Shown one piece after another: positions 28,548 to 36,599 of a stretch of 52,094 nt of DNA. Each line of letters opens with the position of its first letter. The first letter of the stretch is position 1. The stretch covers positions 1 to 52,094 of the forward strand of contig JBQLZK010000055.1 of assembly GCA_052168235.1 (NCBI GenBank). Reading direction: 5' to 3'. Made by a program: the position numbers and the translations under genes. Source of the DNA: Thainema sp. Its GTDB lineage: Bacteria; Cyanobacteriota; Cyanobacteriia; Phormidesmidales; Phormidesmidaceae. The notes below the pieces were generated by a model, which was not told the DNA's origin, did not search any database, and saw only the letters and a list, made by a program, of their open reading frames with translations.

Positions 28548-29261
28548 CTAATTGCTGAATCGGTACTCCATATTTACGGGCAGTTTTAGGGGCTCTCTCA
28601 ATCCTTCGAATGAGTAGAACTCGCCGACCATTCGTACGTTGCGGATAAGGCTAACGGGCGGCATGTTGATGGTGTCATAGCTCAAGACCTGGTTCGTGAA
28701 CATGACATCTAGTGGATTGATCGGATACGGAAAGGTAAACTCCCTGGCCGAATTCTGTCTGGGAGTTGATAGCTCCTTCACTGCCACTTCTGCCTTGCTC
28801 ATCCATTTCCCAAGCCGGATCCACCGGGGAAAGGCTAGGGACTGCTGGGAGATAGCAAAAAACTCGAATTGGCTTTCAGGGGCAATTTCCTTTGCCCGAC
28901 CAAAGCTGGGGATGTTCTTCTGGGTTTTCTGCATCTCAACGTGGTAGCGGTTGTCCGCATACTTCCAGGTGTTGAGTACAGCGGCATGACGCACAGTCCT
29001 GGCGGGAGTGACGTAGATACCCTGCTGATTCAACGGGGTAAGATGGGCCTCGTACATCGGCACTTGCTCAGGGCAAAAGTAGCGGTAGCTGTGGTCTTCA
29101 CCTACAGTCGTGGCATATTTCTCGCTGTCCACTAGCCCCAGGGCATAGCAGAGGGCGTAGTTATGCAGTACAGGCTCAGTTTCGTAGAGTCGCCCAATTT
29201 CCCGCGTGGCGTAGTAGAGGCTGTCGTGCAGTTCTAAGGTGCAGCGATAGACATGAGGCAT
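28548..29261 (-). CDS. csc1: Type I-D Cas5 (Csc1)
   Basis: LHDSLYYATRE.G, LHNYALCYALG and WIRLGKWMSK motifs; position after csc2. Confidence 0.92.
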   Translation of the reverse strand: MPHVYRCTLELHDSLYYATREIGRLYETEPVLHNYALCYALGLVDSEKYATTVGEDHSYRYFCPEQVPMYEAHLTPLNQQGIYVTPARTVRHAAVLNTWKYADNRYHVEMQKTQKNIPSFGRAKEIAPESQFEFFAISQQSLAFPRWIRLGKWMSKAEVAVKELSTPRQNSAREFTFPYPINPLDVMFTNQVLSYDTINMPPVSLIRNVRMVGEFYSFEGLREPLKLPVNMEYRFSN

Positions 29262-29263
29262 GG

Positions 29264-30274
29264 CTATGACCTCGCGCTAGCGGCTTTTTTCTTACCAATG
29301 TGTTTCTCAGCATAGGCTTTAGCCTCGTCATCAGCCTGTTTCAGAATGGATTTGATCCCCTCTTCACTAGCGGTTAAAGACTTCACCTCAGTCAAAAGTG
29401 ATTGGAAGTCATCACCAATGAAATCAGTATGCACAATGAATTCCTCATTCATCAGGGTTTGAATCGCAGTCTTAGCTGCTTCGGCAACCTCATCTTCATC
29501 TAGAGGATCGGGAGCTTTGAGCGTACCGTCAGCTTTCATCTGGTCGTAGATGGCTTGGGTCCAGCGCAGATTGCTGACGATTTCGCCATCAGCAAACACC
29601 ACGCCGATTAGCTCATTCCGAACCCGGCCTGTGCGGGTAGTTTGAGCACTGTAATGGCGAGTTCTCAAAATGTTATTGAAGACATAGAGGAAACTGGCTT
29701 CCGTAGGGTCTTTCAGGGTAACGATGCTGGGGAAGAAGACCTGGGGCCGAATGTGATCTTGCTGGTTAATACGGCTAGTCACTTCACCCGGCTTGGAACC
29801 TTTCTCCCCTTTAGACGCCATGGTTCCATTTTCAAAAGGTGCATTCAGGGTAAACGTTTCGTGGGACTCGTCGAAGGCAGTGATAGAAAAAGCTGTATCA
29901 ACAACGACTTTGGATTTTTCAGAGCCAGAATCACCGATCGCAAACCCGTAGATGATGCAATCGGGATTGTCCATACCAAACTCAACGTTGTACTCGCATT
30001 CTTCAGGTTTCACGAAACCGTAGGTGCGAAGAAGTTCTCGCCCAACTAGCCGCTCTGGCGTGGACTGCTTGCGCTTAAACATCGATAAGCGGCTGATAGT
30101 ATTTTTATCTTCAACACCAGCACGAACTCGCGCCTTATTCAGTTCGCCATCGGTCTGAAAAAGTGGATAAGACTCAGTAACGCGCACCGTGAGGAAGTGG
30201 GCATATTTTCCCATCGGCTTGTACTGAAATTCTGGGTGAAAGAACTTGTCGTCTAAAGTTTTGAGGAATTTCAT
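29264..30274 (-). CDS. csc2: Type I-D Cas7 (Csc2)
   Basis: FKRKQSTPERLVGRELLR, DCIIYGFAIGD and AQTTRTG motifs. Confidence 0.93.
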   Translation of the reverse strand: MKFLKTLDDKFFHPEFQYKPMGKYAHFLTVRVTESYPLFQTDGELNKARVRAGVEDKNTISRLSMFKRKQSTPERLVGRELLRTYGFVKPEECEYNVEFGMDNPDCIIYGFAIGDSGSEKSKVVVDTAFSITAFDESHETFTLNAPFENGTMASKGEKGSKPGEVTSRINQQDHIRPQVFFPSIVTLKDPTEASFLYVFNNILRTRHYSAQTTRTGRVRNELIGVVFADGEIVSNLRWTQAIYDQMKADGTLKAPDPLDEDEVAEAAKTAIQTLMNEEFIVHTDFIGDDFQSLLTEVKSLTASEEGIKSILKQADDEAKAYAEKHIGKKKAASARS

Positions 30275-30307
30275 GATTGCTAATCCTTGGTAGTAGAGTG
30301 AATATTT

Positions 30308-30913
30308 TCAGGCTAAAAGTGACTGAACTAAAATGCGTAGCAAGGTTTCTACATCTTCAGGAACACGGTAGCTTTCAAGGCCCTGATGAATGTGTTTAGT
30401 TTCTCGATTAAGCTGGCTAAACTGCCATAATGATCCTGTCGTAATTGCGCCAATCAAATGCTTCTGGGGTGATTCCATCCACTGATCTAAAGCAATCATT
30501 TCTACAGCAAGTTGTTTTATGCCGTTGGTCAGGTCTTCTTTTTTGGCTTCAATGACAATCATCTGCCTGTCAGTTCTTAATAAATAATCAAGAGAACCTT
30601 GAAGCTGTTCTGAGACCTTGAGCGGATATTCAATCCTGAGCTGGGCTTGAGTATAATGAACGACTTCAGTGACTACGCGAGAAATTAAGATTTCTCGACG
30701 GGCAATTTCAGTTGTCAGATTCACAAAAGGTAGAATTTCCTCAATGCGATCGCGCAACTCCTGAAGTCGTCCTAACTCGCCACTATAGACGGGCAGATTG
30801 AGCTTTTCACGGGACAAAGAGTATCCGAAATCGGCAACGATATCATCAGCTTCAGCGTTGAGATCAAAAAACTTACTGAAAGTGTAAGACTCATTGGGAT
30901 TCAGAATCTTCAT
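30308..30913 (-). CDS. PD-(D/E)XK / HsdR-N-like nuclease-fold protein
   Basis: G.LDYLL...IVIEAKKED...G..QL...GAITTG.LWQF; overlaps the cas10d stop by 4 nt. Confidence 0.65.
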   Translation of the reverse strand: MKILNPNESYTFSKFFDLNAEADDIVADFGYSLSREKLNLPVYSGELGRLQELRDRIEEILPFVNLTTEIARREILISRVVTEVVHYTQAQLRIEYPLKVSEQLQGSLDYLLRTDRQMIVIEAKKEDLTNGIKQLAVEMIALDQWMESPQKHLIGAITTGSLWQFSQLNRETKHIHQGLESYRVPEDVETLLRILVQSLLA

Positions 30914-31446
30914 TCTTCTTCTCCAGATTTAGATTTTGGTGATTCATTCTTCTTAGCTTTTTGATTTTCTTTGTCTTGCTCCAGACGATAGAGAAATACG
31001 CAGCTATCACGAATTAGATTGAGCTGCTTTCCAGCTAAGCGGGCGCGATCTCCGGCAAATGCTTTCTGAAATACTTCATGTACAAAGTATTTTGAGAACG
31101 CCAAAATTGCCTGTCGCTCCTCATCACGTTGTTTACCATTAAATACCCAACGTCCCTCGGCATTCGAGCTATGTACTCGATCCATTAATCTTTCTATAGC
31201 TGCAGCCACATTTGCCACTGTTGAGTTTTCTTGAAAGTCTGGATTACTTTCTTTGACTTCAGCAAGCAATGTATCTCCATCTTTCATGCTCGGATCTATT
31301 TCAAGAACCACTTTTGCAGCAGTATCAATAGGTTTGAGGATTGCATTTGCTTTGGGTGTGTATTTATCTTTTGCTCTGTAGAACTTTCGAAAAAGAAAAG
31401 TCAAGTTGACTGGATGGTTTAATTGCGATTTTTCTTCGTCTGTCAC
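30910..31446 (-). CDS. cas11d: Cas11d small subunit from an internal in-frame start within cas10d
   Basis: GGAG, 9 nt, then in-frame GTG just before TDEEKSQLNHPVNLT...FYRA; internal cas11d translation is established for type I-D. Confidence 0.65.
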   Translation of the reverse strand: MTDEEKSQLNHPVNLTFLFRKFYRAKDKYTPKANAILKPIDTAAKVVLEIDPSMKDGDTLLAEVKESNPDFQENSTVANVAAAIERLMDRVHSSNAEGRWVFNGKQRDEERQAILAFSKYFVHEVFQKAFAGDRARLAGKQLNLIRDSCVFLYRLEQDKENQKAKKNESPKSKSGEEE

Positions 31447-34400
31447 GACTAATTTCTCCAACTGAGAGTCAAACACTACATAGGGGTCAAAACAGGGGTA
31501 GAAGTGGTGGGCGTAGAGCCTGATTTTTTGCGGGCTGGGGGCATCGACTTTCTGCCCTCGGCTCCACTTGGCGAGATAGGAAAAGACGTACAACGGGCTG
31601 GTTTCGATATCTTTTGCCAACTCCGTGAAACGCCCCCAGTTGGCGTCATAGCCGCTTTTGCCCTGCTTGGCATTAACATCCATGTGGATGGCATAGGCAG
31701 CGGTCAGCGTATTCAGGGGAGCCGGACGTTGGATGCCGCTCTCATCGGTCCAACCTTCAAGGATGAAGTCCAACCGGAATCGGTCTCGGCCAACTAAAGT
31801 TCGGAAGGCATGGGGAGCACTGTCGAGAAAGACGCTTTCCTCAAACTCAGCCCCATCGGTAAAGGGCGGAATCGGGGACTCAGACACGACGGTTTTGACA
31901 TCCAGAATCATGGGGAATGCGAAAGCTAACCAGCTTGGCATCACCCAGGATTCGGTATCGGTGCTATCGCGCCCTGGAGGCAGGGCCATGAAATAGAAGG
32001 TAAGAGGCTTGTCTTCGGGATACGAGAGTTTGAAAGTGCGATCGCGTTTGAAGTTCGGGTCGTCATCGGGCAACTGCTTGCGCTGGGCCAGGTCTTCATC
32101 CATCAAGAAAGCATCCACGGTCTGATACTTTTCGCGGCTGAAGTTAGCCTCTAGCTGCTTGCTGATGAAGTGGTTCCGAATGCTGGTATCAAAGCGGGTT
32201 TGGGCAATGTTGCTATAGGCCCGATGCAGAAACGAATTAGTTTCAGGGGTGAAGTAGTAGGTCGGGTAAAAGTAGAGATAGCGGTATTTGCCATCTTCAA
32301 ACCGTTTGCCCACAGCCTGGGTCTGATTCATCAAAATTTGCCGCAGCATCATCTCGATGCCTGCAATGCTGGAGATGTTACGTTTGGCGTTAGAGCCGCC
32401 CAGGTGTTGCTTGTTGGTATAGACCTGGGGCGTAAACAGCACTGCCGATTCCATCTGCTCGTTGACCGAGTAGGGCGAATGGGAGATGGAGCAAATCATC
32501 TGTCGTCCTCGTCCGGGCTTTTTAGCGGCGTTGTAGTAAGCCAGTTCTTTCAAGAAAATGTCGACTTGTTCTGCCGTTGAAGTTTCCTGGGCTTGCCCTG
32601 GCAGCATCACCACTTTGCCGACCCATTCCCGCACGTCATCCCAACCATCGGCGATGGGGTACTGAGCCACAATAGGTTGTGTGAGCTGTGTGACATAAGC
32701 AATAACGTTGCTACAGGTTTCACGCAGATCTTCAATGCCGGGATGCTTTTCTAAAAATTTTGCGGCTAAAAAGTACCACTCATAGGGCACTCCGCCGGTA
32801 TTGCCTTTGAGCTTCAGTTCCTTCAGCTTTTCGTTGATGCGCTGAATTTCCCGAATCTGAGGTGAATATTCGGAGAGTTGCCAAAATTCAGCCACTTTAT
32901 GAATGATGTTTTCGGGCAAAACCTCAGACTTAATTTTCGGGAGTTCCGGCAAGTCTTTTTGCTTCTTCCTCTCTTTGGCTCGTTCCTTGATGACGGTTTC
33001 TAGCTGGTTGACCCGTTCTCCCCAAATTTTGCGGTTCATCAGATCACCAAATTCAGCTAGCTGATCGATGCGGATGTCATCGCTGAATGAAAAATCGTAA
33101 TCGGCTGAGAGAACGCCACGCTGTTGAAACGCCGCTAAGTTTTCGCTGCGCTTCGTGGCTACCGAACCTTTGTTGGGGTTCAAAATACGAAGCGTGGCAT
33201 CGAGAGCCACCTGCATTAACCCTGGATCGTCAAAAAATAGGTTGTAGTAATCGGCATATTTCATGCCCTTGCCATCGCGCCCAAACCCTGTTTGACGAAG
33301 GCTCAACTGTCCAGCACATAAAGCTTTAATGCCATCTACCACTCGGTTAGGCAGGCTATCTGAAGAAATTTGCGGGGCATCACGACTAGCTAAATAAATG
33401 GCTCCTGTCGGTAGGTAGAGCAGAGTTGTGTAATGTGGATTCTCGGAGTCAATATTTAAGCTTTCGTAGGCATCCATCAGGGCATTGTTGACCACATTGG
33501 TCAGTACCCCTCGGTTTTCGGAGATGGCATGGTAGGTGAATCGAAGCTGTCCGTCACTGAGACCATGAATGATGTCGTTGAGGCCTGCATTCTCAGCGTC
33601 TTGGGGATGTTTGATGATGGAAGCAAGGCGATCGGCCAGACAGGTAAGGTCTGCAAGGCAGCGCAGGGTGCGATCGCGCAGCACTGGATTCAGCCCATCA
33701 TCAGACAGGTTCAGGTTCGTGTCATTGCGCCGCTGGGCGTTGTAGGCCAGAAACAGCAGATCATCCAGATACTGCTGCCAGTCGTTTGAAGTCGCTGGAC
33801 AGATGAAGCGGTCTAGTTCCAGCGTCTTTACCAACACGGTAATGATTTCTCGATGCTCCTCAAGCGATCGCTTCCGGATATCGCCTTCTGGATCTCGCCG
33901 GATAGCCCTGAAGGATTGCGGCATTTCGGGAATCAGGTCATAGTCAAATTTTTCAAAGTCATGCAGGATAAAGCCGGATACCAACAGGCGACGCTCTCGT
34001 TCTTTGACCTGTCTTCTAACCGTTGTGTCGAGCGTTTGAAGCCGCCGCTCGATTAAATTGGCCGGGAACAAGCCATTCAGCAGGTGAGTGTTGAGAGACT
34101 GGTCAGCCGCATTGTCGCGACGAATCGGATCTTTGCCTGCGGCAATGCGCTGAGGATTGATCACTCGATCCAGGTACTCGGCAAAGAACTTGCCTCCTTT
34201 GGCGGTGACGCCCACGGTGTACTTCAGTAGATTGGGCAATACAATCTCTGCAAAATCCTGCATGACCACATCGCCAGGATTTTGGTGTTGAATGGCTTCT
34301 CGCAAAAGCTTGAGAGTCAGGAGTTCTCGGTCTACTGGCTCTACCGTTCTGTCGCTTTCCTCATCTAACCCAAGGTCGCCGTCGAGCCAAGAATCATCAA

Positions 34401-34482
34401 GTTCTTCAAATTCGGAATCTTCGTTTTGAGTGTCTAGCAACGACAGTTGTTCTGGATTGCCGGACTGATTAGGACGCTCCAT
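30910..34482 (-). CDS. cas10d: Type I-D large subunit Cas10d (Csc3) with N-terminal HD nuclease
   Basis: DQSLNTHLLNG, LHDFEK and CLADRLAS HD-domain motifs; AGGAG upstream of ATG 34482. Confidence 0.94.
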   Translation of the reverse strand: MERPNQSGNPEQLSLLDTQNEDSEFEELDDSWLDGDLGLDEESDRTVEPVDRELLTLKLLREAIQHQNPGDVVMQDFAEIVLPNLLKYTVGVTAKGGKFFAEYLDRVINPQRIAAGKDPIRRDNAADQSLNTHLLNGLFPANLIERRLQTLDTTVRRQVKERERRLLVSGFILHDFEKFDYDLIPEMPQSFRAIRRDPEGDIRKRSLEEHREIITVLVKTLELDRFICPATSNDWQQYLDDLLFLAYNAQRRNDTNLNLSDDGLNPVLRDRTLRCLADLTCLADRLASIIKHPQDAENAGLNDIIHGLSDGQLRFTYHAISENRGVLTNVVNNALMDAYESLNIDSENPHYTTLLYLPTGAIYLASRDAPQISSDSLPNRVVDGIKALCAGQLSLRQTGFGRDGKGMKYADYYNLFFDDPGLMQVALDATLRILNPNKGSVATKRSENLAAFQQRGVLSADYDFSFSDDIRIDQLAEFGDLMNRKIWGERVNQLETVIKERAKERKKQKDLPELPKIKSEVLPENIIHKVAEFWQLSEYSPQIREIQRINEKLKELKLKGNTGGVPYEWYFLAAKFLEKHPGIEDLRETCSNVIAYVTQLTQPIVAQYPIADGWDDVREWVGKVVMLPGQAQETSTAEQVDIFLKELAYYNAAKKPGRGRQMICSISHSPYSVNEQMESAVLFTPQVYTNKQHLGGSNAKRNISSIAGIEMMLRQILMNQTQAVGKRFEDGKYRYLYFYPTYYFTPETNSFLHRAYSNIAQTRFDTSIRNHFISKQLEANFSREKYQTVDAFLMDEDLAQRKQLPDDDPNFKRDRTFKLSYPEDKPLTFYFMALPPGRDSTDTESWVMPSWLAFAFPMILDVKTVVSESPIPPFTDGAEFEESVFLDSAPHAFRTLVGRDRFRLDFILEGWTDESGIQRPAPLNTLTAAYAIHMDVNAKQGKSGYDANWGRFTELAKDIETSPLYVFSYLAKWSRGQKVDAPSPQKIRLYAHHFYPCFDPYVVFDSQLEKLVVTDEEKSQLNHPVNLTFLFRKFYRAKDKYTPKANAILKPIDTAAKVVLEIDPSMKDGDTLLAEVKESNPDFQENSTVANVAAAIERLMDRVHSSNAEGRWVFNGKQRDEERQAILAFSKYFVHEVFQKAFAGDRARLAGKQLNLIRDSCVFLYRLEQDKENQKAKKNESPKSKSGEEE

Positions 34483-34533
34483 AGCGGATCTCCTGTAGAT
34501 CAAAAACTGTTTTGCGGCGGTTGACTGCGGTTG

Positions 34534-35094
34534 CTACCCCAGCAGTTGATCGACCGTGAATTGAATGTCGGTAAATGCCTGAAATGCGATCGCCTGCCCT
34601 CGGCGGCAGGTCTGTAATTGCTGGTAGCCTGCTTCACTAGGTTCTCGATAGATCTGCACCGCTTCAGCATTGAGGTCCACAATCCAGACTTCAGCGATAT
34701 TGTCTTTGGCATAGATGGGGACTTTTACCGTGTGGTCAAACTCAATGGTGGTGTCAGAGACTTCAATCAGGGCAAAGACATCCTGGGGTTGAGGATGGCC
34801 ATTGGCATAGAAGTCAGACCGCCGTTGCAGAATGGCAAAATCTGGTTGGGGTTCAGACCGAGTGCTCAACTGAATCGGGTTTTGCACCCGCACGATCGCC
34901 CTGCCGACTAACTCCCGCACTAACAACTCATTCATCCGATCTACACAGGCGGCATGTTGCATGCCAATGGGCGACTTCTCGATAATTTCTCCCTGAAGTA
35001 GCTCAACGCGATCGCGATCGGTCAGAATGCCGGACTCGATCATCTGGTGGTACTGCCCCACCGTGAATTTCTTGCGCAGAATTGGGACGGTCAT
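34534..35094 (-). CDS. Uma2 (DUF820) family endonuclease-like protein
   Basis: FTV..YH.M...G, VELL.GEI, EPQPD, LIEVSD and YA...I.EVWIVD motifs. Confidence 0.88.
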   Translation of the reverse strand: MTVPILRKKFTVGQYHQMIESGILTDRDRVELLQGEIIEKSPIGMQHAACVDRMNELLVRELVGRAIVRVQNPIQLSTRSEPQPDFAILQRRSDFYANGHPQPQDVFALIEVSDTTIEFDHTVKVPIYAKDNIAEVWIVDLNAEAVQIYREPSEAGYQQLQTCRRGQAIAFQAFTDIQFTVDQLLG

Positions 35095-35100
35095 AATGCT

Positions 35101-35457
35101 CTAACTCTCACTGAAAGGGCGAATTCGTACTCGGTTTAACTCAGCGGTAACGATGGCACCCGCCGTTAGTTCATCGCCATAAAGCTCCAGCACCCGCAGA
35201 CAGACGGCTCCTTGTTGCCGACCGCTGAGATTGACTAATCGCACAATGCCGCAGTGGGGAGTCCCTTTGACAATGGCTAATTCACCAAAATCCTTGTCGA
35301 GCGTAATGAGAATGCGGCCATCCCGGTAAGCCATCGCTAGGATCTCTTCATCGCCGGGGTCTGTGTCCCATTCGCCAGACCAAATGACATCGTGACTGGC
35401 GGCCTCAAGGGCAGATTTGACCCCACCCCACACGCAGGTATCCATAAGGATTTTCAC
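35101..35457 (-). CDS. DUF5615 PIN-like toxin
   Basis: MKILMDTC, DEEIL..A..DGRILITLDKDFGEL PIN acidic motifs. Confidence 0.85.
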   Translation of the reverse strand: MKILMDTCVWGGVKSALEAASHDVIWSGEWDTDPGDEEILAMAYRDGRILITLDKDFGELAIVKGTPHCGIVRLVNLSGRQQGAVCLRVLELYGDELTAGAIVTAELNRVRIRPFSES

Positions 35458-35705
35458 TGCTGAGTCTCCACAAGCAGTGGCTCTACCCGCTCATGGGCAA
35501 CCAGGCGATAGGCGTAGGCAAAGCAGGCCAAAACATCCTCCCGCTCTAACCAGGGGTAGCCTTCCAGCAGAGTCTCGATGGTGTCGCCTGCCGCCAACAT
35601 GCTGAGGACATGTTCAACCGCGAGGCGACGCCCTCGAATAATGGGCTTGCCATTGAAAATCTGGGGATTAGTCGTAATGCGGTTCAAAAGTTCCTGGTCG
35701 TTCAT
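35454..35705 (-). CDS. DUF433 antitoxin
   Basis: RIT.NP.I..GKPIIRG.R..V..VL..LA.G....LLE.YP.L..EDV; 4-nt overlap with the toxin gene. Confidence 0.88.
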   Translation of the reverse strand: MNDQELLNRITTNPQIFNGKPIIRGRRLAVEHVLSMLAAGDTIETLLEGYPWLEREDVLACFAYAYRLVAHERVEPLLVETQQ

Positions 35706-35735
35706 GGTTTGCTCCTCCTAGGGTGGAAGTATTGT

Positions 35736-35818
35736 TCGCGATCGGTCAGAATGCCGGACTCGATCATCTGGTGGTATTGCCCCACCATGAATTTCTTTCG
35801 CAGAATTTGGACAGTCAT
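35736..35818 (-). pseudogene. Truncated 5' copy of uma2
   Basis: 83-bp near-identical direct repeat of 35012-35094 (MTVQILRKKFMVGQYHQMIESGILTDR). Confidence 0.85.
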
Positions 35819-35860
35819 ATTCAGCTCTACTCGCTGTGTATCAATCGTTAATAGAAAATG

Positions 35861-36409
35861 TCACCATTTAGATGGATTTTGGGGATGAAGCTGGTCATGC
35901 TTCCATTTTTGAGGATTCTGCTCAATATATGTGCGTAATTGGGCAAGAGATCCTTCACTGCGAATAATGTGTTCGTAATAATTGCGCTGCCAAAATTTAA
36001 CTCCAGTCAAATCTCGCGCTGCGTTAATTAGTTTGGTTGATTGATATTTGAAATAAGCAACAATTTGGCCTAATGTCGGCTTCTTAGAATTTTGCTTCGA
36101 CACTAAATCTTTGGATTCTTGTTTAATGAGAAAACTCTCTTCAGAAATCACAATAATGCCGTGAAAGTGATTGGGCATAATCACTGCTGCATCGAGGGTT
36201 ACAAATTGAAAGTGAAGCGGAATTTGGTGCCAAACCTGTTCGACAATGACCCCATACTGGCTGAGAGAGAGCGCGCCATTTACAACCTCGCCAAGCAGAC
36301 ATTCCCTTCCCTGGGTGCAGATCGTGACAAAATAAACACCCGCTTGGCTGTAGTCGTAATCCTTCAAGCGGATCGATCTCCGATGGTGAATTGCCGGATC
36401 ATATTTCAT
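35861..36409 (-). mobile_element. REP-associated tyrosine transposase (RAYT, Y1 HUH)
   Basis: RRSIRL..YDY...G.YFVTICT, MPNHFHGII (HUH) and WQRNYYEHIIR...YI..NP motifs. Confidence 0.9.
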
Positions 36410-36593
36410 CGCCGTAGGGGCGAGGTTTCCTCGCCCAATGCAGGATTTCCAAACCCAACCAACGTTTCATATTTCATCGCCGTAGGGGCGAGGTCTCCTC
36501 GCCCAATGTAGGATTTCCAAACAGTTGGCATGTTTCTACATTTTGCCCTGGGCGGGGAAACCCCGCCCCTACCCGTAATCAACCCGCCCCTAC
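36400..36593. repeat. GTAG-type REP cluster upstream of the RAYT gene
   Basis: GTAGGGGCGAGGTTTCCTCGCCC (36414), GTAGGGGCGAGGTCTCCTCGCCC (36482), inverted GGGCGGGGAAACCCCGCCCCTAC (36550) and a partial copy at 36583. Confidence 0.88.
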
Positions 36594-36599
36594 CCACGA

